A DNA stretch of 35,603 nucleotides, taken from a virus. Lineage: Duplodnaviria > Caudoviricetes. Position numbers and translations under genes: made by a program. Under the pieces are notes generated by a model. It worked only from the letters and a program-made list of their open reading frames with translations. It was not told the DNA's origin and ran no database searches. Location of the stretch: positions 1-35,603 of IMG/VR virus record IMGVR_UViG_3300037423_000689; one strand, written 5' to 3'. Positions 9,485 to 18,409 of this stretch are shown in pieces. Within the stretch, counting starts at the first letter, position 1; every line of letters begins with the position of its first letter.

Positions 9485-9823
9485 ATGGCATTAGAGGTTA
9501 ACGGCGCGAGAGGGGAAGTCGCACTTAACGTGGGCGGCGTTGACCTCGTAATTGCTGCCACTATGCAGGGCCTTGCCGCGGTCTCCACGCGGCTGGAATG
9601 CAAGTCGCTTGGGGACCTGTTTGTGCGCCTGTCTGGCGTTGAGGTGGCGGCAACCAATGCCGCCATCGAACTGCTGACCGTGCGCGGTGACGCGGCGGCT
9701 GCCGCTGCCAAGCTTAAGCTCAAGCACTTCAAGGCATGCGCCGACGCCTTTGCGCTGGCGCTTTCTCATCATTTCAAGGATGACGAGGGAAACGGCGACG
9801 CCGCTCCGGTGGCGGCGGGATAG
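9485..9823 (+). CDS. Tail assembly chaperone (gpG-like, GTA gp10-like)
   Basis: N.ARGEV N-terminal motif, position between tail tube and tape measure, slippery heptamer near the 3' end. Confidence 0.85.
   Translation: MALEVNGARGEVALNVGGVDLVIAATMQGLAAVSTRLECKSLGDLFVRLSGVEVAATNAAIELLTVRGDAAAAAAKLKLKHFKACADAFALALSHHFKDDEGNGDAAPVAAG
9787..9793 (+). promoter_or_regulatory. Programmed -1 ribosomal frameshift site G GGA AAC
   Basis: In-frame X XXY YYZ heptamer (GAG GGA AAC). The -1 frame is open from here to TAG 10020. Confidence 0.85.
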
Positions 9824-10020
9824 AAAGGCCGTGGCCTTGGCGGGATTGGATGAAGGGCGCGTTTGGCGCCCTTCATTGGACTCCCGAGGTTTTCTGGCGG
9901 TCGACGCTCACCGAGTACATGATGGCGATCGACGGCTTTAACGAGTTGAACGGCGGCGAGAACAAAGATGCCGGGCCGAGCGACGAGGATATGGCTGCGC
10001 TGCTGGAGCGGTACGGTTAG
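9793..10020 (+). CDS. Tail assembly chaperone C-terminal extension (gpT-like), missing from the ORF track
   Basis: The -1 frame reads RRRRSGGGGIERPWPWRDWMKGAFGALHWTPEVFWRSTLTEY...LLERYG*. W.P..FW..T..E is typical of this chaperone family. An in-frame ATG lies at 9850. Confidence 0.8.
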   Translation, partial: RRRRSGGGGIERPWPWRDWMKGAFGALHWTPEVFWRSTLTEYMMAIDGFNELNGGENKDAGPSDEDMAALLERYG

Positions 10021-10271
10021 TTGATGATTGCAGCAGCATCCGCTGCAAACTGCCGATCCAATGATGCGCATCTTTCTACATATTGAGCCGTACCGGCAGC
10101 GCTAAATGGCGCGCCACGAGGTTCGATTCCAAGTTTAAAAAGACGCAAGTCGTTTAGTCTATTTTCGCAAGCGGCTGCGTCGTAATGAATTGCCGGAGGT
10201 TCATTGGCCCCGGCGTAGATAGCGCCTACCGCAATCGCAGTTAGGCATATAGCACCAATCTGCCACTTCAT
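10017..10271 (-). CDS. Antisense moron: small exported/membrane-anchored protein
   Basis: 84 aa with signal-like N-terminus (MKWQIGAICLTAIAVGAIYAGA) and two Cys in the mature part. RBS GAAAGGGG; visibly more AT-rich than its neighbours. Confidence 0.7.
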   Translation of the reverse strand: MKWQIGAICLTAIAVGAIYAGANEPPAIHYDAAACENRLNDLRLFKLGIEPRGAPFSAAGTAQYVERCASLDRQFAADAAAIIN

Positions 10272-10301
10272 TTTATTCCCCTTTCAGTAAGAAGGTTCAA
10301 T

Positions 10302-12653
10302 ATGGCCGATAGAACCGACGACCTTCTTATCTCGGTAAGCACCGACCTTACTACCATCAAAAGACAGCTTAAGCAACTCGGTCAGGACATAGGTCAGACC
10401 ACCTCTGGGATCCAGAAGCAGTTTGACGGACTTGGCAAGGGTATCGATCAGTCGTTGACGCCTATTCAGAAGCGCATCAATGACATGATGGGCATCGCAA
10501 GCACTGGTGCTAAGCCGCTAAAGGAGTGGAAGGGTGCGCTTGCCGACGCCGCAAATGGACTAGATAAGACAAGCCACGCAGCGTCCGGAACAAGCGCCTC
10601 CATGCAGGCGATGCTGCATTCTGTGCGTTCGGTGGGCGAGCAGCTTGCTCTTGGCATATCGCCAACTCAAGCGCTAACCGGTCAGCTTTCGCACTTAAGT
10701 TTTGTCGCCTCGCAGCCAGGCGGTATCACCGCGGCGTTCGGAGAGATAAAAACCAAGGCGCTAGCCATGATTGCGGCCTTTCCCGAGGTTGCAATTGCCG
10801 TTGGTGTTGCCGCAGCTGCGTTCATTGCTTACGAGACTCTCGGTGGCAATAACATAAAGTCACTTGACGAGATACTCAAGACGCACGAAGCCAACATCAA
10901 GAGGCTCGGTGACGCCTACGACGAGGTTGCCGGAAAGCAGCATAAATACGCCTCCGATACGGCAAACACCGTAAATGCCCTCAATGAAAAATCTGTAAAA
11001 GACATAAAGGCCGCGCTGGGCGCCCAACTTAAGGGTGTGCTTGATGACCTTTATAAGACGATCGGTGCAGGCGGCGGCAATCAGGGACCGCTTTCAAAAT
11101 CCCTAATTTCTACATTTGAGCCATTTAGGACTGCAATTGAGAAGCTTGCCGAAGGGGCGAGGAACGGAACTCCTGATGTTAAGGCGTTTCGTGACGAGGT
11201 GACAAACCTCGCAAAAGCAGACCCCAAAAATCTTGACGGCACTCGAGATGTTCTTCTTGGATTGACTGCTGCGGCAGCAGACACGGCTGCGTCGCTTCCT
11301 GTTGTGACTCAGGCGGTGTCCGGAGTTGTCGATACTGTCGCACAGTTTCAGCAGATGGTTGACGGCATTTCGTCAAAGCCACTTCAAAAAGAATTGGAAG
11401 ACCTTTTCGCCAAGGCAAAAGATGGCACGGAAAGTCTTGATGAAATCAACCAAGCTCTAGCCAGACTTGAGCAGGCAAATCCTGACTTCTCGTCAATAAT
11501 CGCATCGATCGGAAAGATTATTATCGCTGCCAGAAACGCCAGCGATGCGGTTAATTCTGTTTATGCTAACAGTGGCGGATCTCCAAATGGAAGGCACGAA
11601 AGCCCGCAACGAGTTCCGGACGGCGTAGAAATACCAATACCGTCCTTCCCGAATAAGGAAGACCTTGGCGCATCTAGCGATAAGGCGGCTGCAGCATATG
11701 CGCGGAAACATAGATTCCATGCACCGAAAATCACCGCCGATGACCAGTTCTCAAACGACCTGCAGGCCATCAAGGACCGCACTGCGGCCCTGAATGAAGA
11801 AATGGCGGCGCTTGGGCTTTCCTACGAGGAGCAAACCAAGCGCAAGACGGCTCTCGACCTCGAGCAGCAGGCGTTGAAGCAAGTCCGCGAGGAAGCCCGA
11901 AAGAAGGGCGACGCGGACTGGCAGAATGCGCAGTTGTCGCCGCAGCAGATCGCGCAGATTGACGCAGTGTCAGAAGCGTACGCGCGGCAAGCCGATGCGC
12001 TCAAGAAGGCGCAGGAGATGCAGCAGCTTCAGCAAGACTTGCTGAAGGGTGCATTTGACGACCTGCGCTCAGCGCTAGACGACGGCAAGCTTGACTGGCA
12101 GGACTTCCAGAAGATCGCGCTCAATGCGCTCGATAAGATCATCGACAAAATAGAGAACGATCTTATCGACAGCATCATGCAGGCCAACTCGGCGAGTGGC
12201 GGCGGTGGTCTTGGCAGCATTCTTAGCTTCCTGACTGGAAGCGGCTCTTCGGGTGCCTTTCCCGCCGCGCCTAGCGGTGGCGGCACTTGGGGCGGTGTCG
12301 GCTTATGGGACACGGGCGGCTATACCGGTCCTGGCGGCAAGAAGGACGTCGCTGGCCTGGTGCACAAGGGCGAGGTGGTTTTCAGCCAGGACGATATCGC
12401 GCGCAACGGCGGCGTGGCTGCCGTCGAGGCACTGCGCCGCGGCAGGGCTATTAGCGCGCCGCAGATGCCGTCGATTAATGCTCCTGCGCGTGGTGGTGAT
12501 ACGAGTGTGACCTTCGCGCCGGTTATATCGGTACAGGGCGGCGGCAACGACGCGGGCGAGCAGGTGACTGCCGCGCTCAAGAAGTTCGATCGCGAGTTTA
12601 CGCCGAAGGTCGTCAAAGCGATCAAGGAAGCTAAGACTAGGGGGATGGTGTAG
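10302..12653 (+). CDS. Tail tape measure protein
   Basis: 783 aa helical A/L/Q-rich protein after the chaperones, with a C-terminal GGYTG.GG....AG.VH.GEVV motif. Confidence 0.92.
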   Translation: MADRTDDLLISVSTDLTTIKRQLKQLGQDIGQTTSGIQKQFDGLGKGIDQSLTPIQKRINDMMGIASTGAKPLKEWKGALADAANGLDKTSHAASGTSASMQAMLHSVRSVGEQLALGISPTQALTGQLSHLSFVASQPGGITAAFGEIKTKALAMIAAFPEVAIAVGVAAAAFIAYETLGGNNIKSLDEILKTHEANIKRLGDAYDEVAGKQHKYASDTANTVNALNEKSVKDIKAALGAQLKGVLDDLYKTIGAGGGNQGPLSKSLISTFEPFRTAIEKLAEGARNGTPDVKAFRDEVTNLAKADPKNLDGTRDVLLGLTAAAADTAASLPVVTQAVSGVVDTVAQFQQMVDGISSKPLQKELEDLFAKAKDGTESLDEINQALARLEQANPDFSSIIASIGKIIIAARNASDAVNSVYANSGGSPNGRHESPQRVPDGVEIPIPSFPNKEDLGASSDKAAAAYARKHRFHAPKITADDQFSNDLQAIKDRTAALNEEMAALGLSYEEQTKRKTALDLEQQALKQVREEARKKGDADWQNAQLSPQQIAQIDAVSEAYARQADALKKAQEMQQLQQDLLKGAFDDLRSALDDGKLDWQDFQKIALNALDKIIDKIENDLIDSIMQANSASGGGGLGSILSFLTGSGSSGAFPAAPSGGGTWGGVGLWDTGGYTGPGGKKDVAGLVHKGEVVFSQDDIARNGGVAAVEALRRGRAISAPQMPSINAPARGGDTSVTFAPVISVQGGGNDAGEQVTAALKKFDREFTPKVVKAIKEAKTRGMV

Positions 12654-13261
12654 TGGCTATAAACCTTCCAGCCGTCCCCTTTCAGGCGTCCTATCCGCAA
12701 CTGGTGGAGTCGGTCTCGGTATCGCGTAGCGGCACGCGCGCGATGTCGTTCGTTGAGTATGCCGACGCATACTGGTCAATCCAGATGAAGACGGTTCCGC
12801 TCAGCGCGGCGCAGCGGTTGCTTGTTGAGGCATTTCGTGACGCTGCCCGCGGCGGTCTAACAACCGTCGCCTATACGCCGCAACATATGTGCGTGCCCAA
12901 AGCCTATTGGGGCGACGCGAGCAACGCGGCGCTCGCCAATGCCGGCAATCTCGTCTCGATCACCGGCAACTCGCTGGTGATTAACAGCGTCGACAACGGC
13001 TTGACGCTTGGACCTGGCGACCTGATTTCGGCGACGACTGGCGGCTATAATGCGCTGTTTCGCGTGCAGACGGGTGGCGTTGCGGCAAGCAACAGCATCA
13101 CCATCACGGTCGAGCCGACTGTGCCTGCATACATCACCGCGGGCGCCGTCATCGCGTTTAAGAATCCGGTCGCCAACATGCGTGTGCTTCCGGGGTCATT
13201 CTCGATCGATGACGGGCTGTTTCCGACTGCGTCTTTCACGCTTGTGGAGATACCTAAGTGA
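12653..13261 (+). CDS. Putative distal tail (Dit-like) protein
   Basis: First gene after the tape measure, TAGTG-coupled, beta-rich 202 aa. Confidence 0.65.
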   Translation: MAINLPAVPFQASYPQLVESVSVSRSGTRAMSFVEYADAYWSIQMKTVPLSAAQRLLVEAFRDAARGGLTTVAYTPQHMCVPKAYWGDASNAALANAGNLVSITGNSLVINSVDNGLTLGPGDLISATTGGYNALFRVQTGGVAASNSITITVEPTVPAYITAGAVIAFKNPVANMRVLPGSFSIDDGLFPTASFTLVEIPK

Positions 13262-13824
13262 GTTTCCCAACGCGCCTGCAAGAGGTGCTTGATGAGGGGC
13301 GGGCAATTATCCGCTCCGGCATCAAGATCGTCTGCACGACGGGCACCTATGGCTTCTGGAACGGCAAAGGCGATATCGTTGTTGATGGCCTGACATATTG
13401 GCCGAACGCGCTGATTACCGTGTCGGAGCCTGTTTATGGTCTAGGCACGGCGGCGTCGACCTTTACGGCGGAGCTCGTCGCGCAGCGCGACTCCGGCCTG
13501 ACGCCTGACAAACTCTTGCTGATTGAAAGCGAGGGCTACAAGGACGCGCCGGTCACGGTCTATGACTTCTACTTTGACCCAGACGACCGCTCGTTCCTGC
13601 ATGCCGAGCCGGGCGCTTACGGCTACATCGATACGGTCGACCATTCGCGCGACGGTGGCGAGTCGAAGTTGATTGCCAACGTGCGCTCAGGAGCGATCGC
13701 AAACCACCGCGACGGCTACCGCACGGCAAGCTACGAGGATCAGCAGTTGGTGTCTGCCGACGACAAGTTTTTCCAGTACGCCAGCAAGGTGAAGCATGAG
13801 AGCTTCGACATCACGTTCGACTAG
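13258..13824 (+). CDS. Minor tail/hub protein (gpL/DUF2163-like)
   Basis: W.G.G.....G..Y N-terminal motif and R.....DQQ.....D.FF.Y C-terminal motif; position in the tail tip block. Confidence 0.7.
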   Translation: MSFPTRLQEVLDEGRAIIRSGIKIVCTTGTYGFWNGKGDIVVDGLTYWPNALITVSEPVYGLGTAASTFTAELVAQRDSGLTPDKLLLIESEGYKDAPVTVYDFYFDPDDRSFLHAEPGAYGYIDTVDHSRDGGESKLIANVRSGAIANHRDGYRTASYEDQQLVSADDKFFQYASKVKHESFDITFD

Positions 13825-13853
13825 CGGCTCAGCCAAGCAACCAAGGACAATGC

Positions 13854-14273
13854 ATGCTTACCCTGAACCGGTTGCCCGATTGGGACCGGCGCCTTGCGCG
13901 CGTGGTCAATGAGCACAGAAAGACGCCAGGCGAGTGGGGAGTTTCCGACTGCCTGCTTACCGTGATGGATGCAGTTGTTGCCGTTACCGGCTTCGACCCC
14001 GCGGAGGATATCCGTGGCGGCAAGTACAGCACGCCGGCAGGCGCTACGAAGATCCTGCTGAAGCGCGGACTGGCTGACGTCGAGGCGGCTCTTGCAAGCC
14101 TGTTCCCGCCCATTGCGCCGCTTATGGCGCAGCGCGGCGACGTTGGCGTCGTGGAGCGCGAGGGCGTGCTTTCGTGCGGCTTTGTCTGTGACCGAGGCTT
14201 TGCTGTGAAGGATGAGCGCGGCCTGTCGTTCGTGCCCCAAACCGAGATCAAGGCGGCCTTTAAGGTCGGCTAG
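13854..14273 (+). CDS. Tail assembly protein, NlpC/P60-like (gpK-like/DUF6950-like)
   Basis: R..DW..RL, WG.SDC and AQRGD motifs. The usual catalytic His is not evident. Confidence 0.75.
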   Translation: MLTLNRLPDWDRRLARVVNEHRKTPGEWGVSDCLLTVMDAVVAVTGFDPAEDIRGGKYSTPAGATKILLKRGLADVEAALASLFPPIAPLMAQRGDVGVVEREGVLSCGFVCDRGFAVKDERGLSFVPQTEIKAAFKVG

Positions 14274-14290
14274 CAGTGATTGGATAGCAT

Positions 14291-17008
14291 ATGGGATTTC
14301 TAGTCCCGATCTTCACGTCCGTGCTTGGCGCGGTCGGGTTGGGCGGCGTTGCGTCGTGGCTCGGCGGGTCGACCATTCTTGCCGGCCTTGCGCGCTTTGG
14401 CCTTGGCCTTGCGGCAAAGTATCTTATCGGCAGTCTTATTCCGCAGCCGAAGCAGCAGGCACAAACCTCGCAGCTTGAAACGGCTTACGGCGAGGACCTG
14501 GCGCGCTCCGTTATCATGGGCAAGGTGGGGACGGCTGGCCATCTGGTCTACCGAAACGCCTACAGCTCCGGCAACCGCAAGATTCAAGACGTCTACATCC
14601 TTTCCAATTTCCGCATCAATGGCGTGACGCGCGTTCGCTACAAGGGCGAATGGCACAACCTTGACCCCGTTGAAGACCCAACCATGGGGCGCAGAATCCT
14701 AGACATCGACTCCAAGATTTGGGTCAAGGTCTATATCGGCACCATGACGCAGACCGCGGACGCCGGTCTAATCGCGCAGGCAAACCCGTCTGGGCGCTGG
14801 ACGACCGACCACCGCGGCGCCGGCATCGCTTACGCGGTGGTGTCTCAGGTTCTTGATCGAGAGCACTTGCAGCAGCCGTGGGAAGCCTTCTTTGAGGTTG
14901 AGGGCGCTCCGCTCTACGACTGGCGCAAGGATAGCTCCATCGGCGGGTCAGGCAGCCATCGCTGGAACGACCAGTCTACGTGGGAGTTCAGCGAAAATCC
15001 GATCCTGATGGCCTACGCGCTCGAGCGTGGCATATTCAACGGCACCGAAATGATGGTTGGCAAGGGAGTCACTGCGTCCCGCCTGCCCATTGCCGAATGG
15101 ACCGTTGCCGCCAACATATGCGACGAGCTCGTTGGCGACCCGCTCGCCAAGCGCTACACGGCCGGCCTTATACCTGCTGCCGGTTCTGGCGTTACGCACG
15201 ACCAGAACATGCAGCCTTTGCTTGAGGCATGCGCCTCGACGTGGGTTGAGGATGCTAGCGGAGAATATCCGATCGTCGGCGCAGCGCAGTCTATCGCGTT
15301 CACATTTACCGACGATGACATCATGGTCGATGAGTCTTTCAGGTTCTCGGTCAAGCGCACCAAGTCGGAACTGATCAACACGCTATCCGGCACGTATTTC
15401 GAGCCGACCAACTTCTATGAGCAGACGCCGTTCGCCGTACGCGTGGATGCCGTTGCACTTGCCGAGGACGGTGAGCGACTTGCGGTCTCGATACCGCTTG
15501 ATGCAGTCAATAGGTCGGTGGTTGCCGACCGCCTGGCTGACATACAGTTCAAGGCAAGCCGCTACCAGGCCAACGGCGAGATTTGCATTCATCCGCGGTT
15601 CCTCGCTGACGCGCAGGTTGGCCGATGGGTGGAGTGGGATTCTGCGTCATTCGGCACGCGCACGTTCCAGATTACGGAAAAGCGACTTGGTCCATTTGGC
15701 GACAAGGCCACGCGCAACATCTACCTGACGCTTCAGGAGGTTAGCGAGAGCATATTTGACAGCACGGCCTACGTTACCGTTCCGGTCGAGGCCGACACGC
15801 CAGGAACTCCGGACTATGCGGCGGCGGCCGCAAACTTCAGGGCTATTCCGGTTCTGCTGCAGGCGCCAAATACGACGACGCAGAAGTCGGCAATACGCTT
15901 TTCGTGGGATGCGTTCGATGACGTGACGGTTACCGCTGTCGACGTCGAGTATCGGCCGCATGCCGTTGCCGTGACTGTATCGATTGCGGATCCTGCCGTC
16001 ATCACATGGCCTTCACACAGCCTGTCGGCCGGCGACATCTTCTATCTCGACACGAGCGGCAATCTGCCTACTGGCTTGACGGCCAATAGCCCGCTTTACG
16101 TCAAGACGGTGCTCAACTCAGCGCAGTTCACTGCGTCGTTGACGCCTGGCGGCGTCGAAATAGCGACGAGCGGTACGCAGGACGGCGTGCACAACGGTTA
16201 TGTGGACAGCATCGTGAAGCGCGCAGAGATGCCGATTCAGGTGCTTACCGTCTCGGAAGGTGTGCTGCCTAACAAGCAGTTCCTCTATCGGCATCGCATC
16301 ATCACTTCGCCGCCGCGGACGACATTCTTTACGAACTGGACGGCGATCAACACGCTTGCCGAAAATTCAGACGTGTCGGTCGGCCTGGCACAACAGCAGC
16401 AGGATGTTATTCAATTCCTGACGAGCGTGTCGGCTAGCCTGCAGGAGATCCGCGATAAGGTCGCTCAAGTGGCGGCGTCTGCGGTCGACGCAGCAGGCCG
16501 TCAGGTGCAGGATAACGCAGTGGCGGTGCGCACCAATCGCGCTAACGCTGCCGCGCTGACTTCGCTTGAGGCAAGCATTACGGAGGTAGACGGTAACGTC
16601 ACTGCGCTTGCTAGCGCGGTTACAGCCGTTCAGGCGTCCGTCGACAATGTGTCGGCCAGCGGTCTGTTCCAGCTTCGCGCAGAGGCCGGAACGGGCGATG
16701 TGGTGTCGCGCATGGTTGCCGAGGTTCGCGCCACGGTGAGCGATGCGTGGGTGTCTGCCGGTTGGGTGATTGAGGCTGGATTCTTGGGCGGCAATCCTGC
16801 CGCGCCTTTCTCAAACTTCGTCATCACCACGGACAAGTTTACGATCACGGACGGCACGAACACAGGCACACCGCTTACGTTCGAAGGCGGCGAAATGAAG
16901 TTGCTTGTCGCTAACATCGGCACCGTGATTGCTGGCTTGCTGAAGTCGCCAGACAACCTTTTCCAGATCACGTTGTCGGACGGCAAAATCGAGTGGTTTG
17001 ATCCGTAA
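14291..17008 (+). CDS. Tail tip / host-specificity protein (gpJ-like central fibre)
   Basis: 905 aa with hydrophobic N-terminus, GIAY, YDWRKDS..GGSG.HR.....TWE.S.NP, W..AAN.CDE, an FN3-like part, a coiled coil and a DUF1983-like C-terminus. Confidence 0.88.
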   Translation: MGFLVPIFTSVLGAVGLGGVASWLGGSTILAGLARFGLGLAAKYLIGSLIPQPKQQAQTSQLETAYGEDLARSVIMGKVGTAGHLVYRNAYSSGNRKIQDVYILSNFRINGVTRVRYKGEWHNLDPVEDPTMGRRILDIDSKIWVKVYIGTMTQTADAGLIAQANPSGRWTTDHRGAGIAYAVVSQVLDREHLQQPWEAFFEVEGAPLYDWRKDSSIGGSGSHRWNDQSTWEFSENPILMAYALERGIFNGTEMMVGKGVTASRLPIAEWTVAANICDELVGDPLAKRYTAGLIPAAGSGVTHDQNMQPLLEACASTWVEDASGEYPIVGAAQSIAFTFTDDDIMVDESFRFSVKRTKSELINTLSGTYFEPTNFYEQTPFAVRVDAVALAEDGERLAVSIPLDAVNRSVVADRLADIQFKASRYQANGEICIHPRFLADAQVGRWVEWDSASFGTRTFQITEKRLGPFGDKATRNIYLTLQEVSESIFDSTAYVTVPVEADTPGTPDYAAAAANFRAIPVLLQAPNTTTQKSAIRFSWDAFDDVTVTAVDVEYRPHAVAVTVSIADPAVITWPSHSLSAGDIFYLDTSGNLPTGLTANSPLYVKTVLNSAQFTASLTPGGVEIATSGTQDGVHNGYVDSIVKRAEMPIQVLTVSEGVLPNKQFLYRHRIITSPPRTTFFTNWTAINTLAENSDVSVGLAQQQQDVIQFLTSVSASLQEIRDKVAQVAASAVDAAGRQVQDNAVAVRTNRANAAALTSLEASITEVDGNVTALASAVTAVQASVDNVSASGLFQLRAEAGTGDVVSRMVAEVRATVSDAWVSAGWVIEAGFLGGNPAAPFSNFVITTDKFTITDGTNTGTPLTFEGGEMKLLVANIGTVIAGLLKSPDNLFQITLSDGKIEWFDP

Positions 17009-17031
17009 GGACGACAGAACTTGGAGCCACA

Positions 17032-17460
17032 ATGGTCGGAATGAACAAGGGCTACCTGAAGACGAGCGGGGGCGCCAAGCGCCTCCGCTTTGTCAAGGAC
17101 GGCTATGACGCCACAGACGAGAGCGTGCCGCCCAACAAGGTTATTTTTGACAGCAACAATATCGCGACGGTGGCGATCCTTGAAACAGGTTCCTACACCT
17201 GGTCGAACTTCACCAACTCCGGACTTACTAAGGTCAGCACATGGGATTACGGATTTGTGCCTCTGTGCATAATCCATTGGCAGTACAATGAGGTTTGGCG
17301 CCGGCCCGCGCTTACCACCACTGAGAGCAGTTATCCGCGTTTTGTGAAGTCGGCGCTAGACGGCCTGTACACGCAATTCTCGCCAATCGATTCGCTCTTT
17401 GGTGGATACATAGTGATGCATTGGACGGCTTTGGCAATTGACGCGCGGGATGGAGCATGA
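17032..17460 (+). CDS. Small tail-associated protein, paralogue 1
   Basis: Contains LRFVKDGYDA.......IFDS; lies between tail tip and tailspike. Confidence 0.65.
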   Translation: MVGMNKGYLKTSGGAKRLRFVKDGYDATDESVPPNKVIFDSNNIATVAILETGSYTWSNFTNSGLTKVSTWDYGFVPLCIIHWQYNEVWRRPALTTTESSYPRFVKSALDGLYTQFSPIDSLFGGYIVMHWTALAIDARDGA

Positions 17461-17921
17461 CAACCAAACGGGGCATCATCCAATTCGCAACCGGCGTCGA
17501 GAAAATACGCATTTCTAAGCCTGGCGTAGATGTTGATGCAGCCACAACGCTCGACTTCCTGTTGCACGAAAGCGCGCTCTATTCGCAGCCATATTACTCG
17601 GCATTCGTTACCTGTCCTTTTGCTGGCTACACGGGCACCAGCATACAGGACCAGACAGTCCACGTTACCGTTCCTGATGTGACAAGCACTCCTGTCATCA
17701 TACTTGAGGTTGTCGATTCAGACAGTCTTATTTCGTTCCCGGCGCAAAAGGGCCTCGGCTCAGGAAGCAGTGGCAGCGGATTCAGCATCAATAATTTCAC
17801 GGTGAGTCATCAGATTATCAGTTCCACGCAGGTAGACGTTCGCTTCTATAAACCCGGCAACAGCAAGAAATCTCCGCAGGGCGCCTACCTGATCCTTATG
17901 AGAAGTCCTGACCTGACATGA
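17457..17921 (+). CDS. Small tail-associated protein, paralogue 2
   Basis: Contains IRISKPGVDV......LLHES; ATGA-coupled. Confidence 0.65.
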   Translation: MTTKRGIIQFATGVEKIRISKPGVDVDAATTLDFLLHESALYSQPYYSAFVTCPFAGYTGTSIQDQTVHVTVPDVTSTPVIILEVVDSDSLISFPAQKGLGSGSSGSGFSINNFTVSHQIISSTQVDVRFYKPGNSKKSPQGAYLILMRSPDLT

Positions 17922-18364
17922 CGAGAGTTCGCATTGACGAAACAGGCATCGCGATTGCCAAAGCCGGTTACGACGTCGACACCGCACCGCTCAACAAAAT
18001 GAACTTCTCGCCGGCTTTTGTGGCGATGCAGTTGGTGCTTAAGGGCATTGTCACAGTAGCCAATTACACCGGCTATATGGACACCTACTATAAGCGGGCG
18101 ACGGTAACGTTTCCGTCTGCATTCGCGAAGCCTCCCATTGTTATGGCTGCAGGGCAGTTTGCAGATGGCGGTGTCGACATAACGAATATTGTCGGCACGT
18201 TTGCGTCAGACAGTAGCGGCATAGCTGCGAACGAGCCGGTTTACCAGATCATAACATCGACAACCGGCTTCGAACTGTACGTCAACAAGTCGAGCTACTT
18301 TCAGAATCCGGCCCGACCCGCTGACTGGCGATATTGGGTCTTCCGCAACACGGTTGAGGACTAG
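17918..18364 (+). CDS. Small tail-associated protein, paralogue 3
   Basis: Contains IAIAKAGYDV......MNFSP; ATGA-coupled. Confidence 0.65.
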   Translation: MTRVRIDETGIAIAKAGYDVDTAPLNKMNFSPAFVAMQLVLKGIVTVANYTGYMDTYYKRATVTFPSAFAKPPIVMAAGQFADGGVDITNIVGTFASDSSGIAANEPVYQIITSTTGFELYVNKSSYFQNPARPADWRYWVFRNTVED

Positions 18365-18409
18365 CGCCCCGCGATACGCCACGCTTAGCGCACCTTCCAA
18401 GGATACCAA

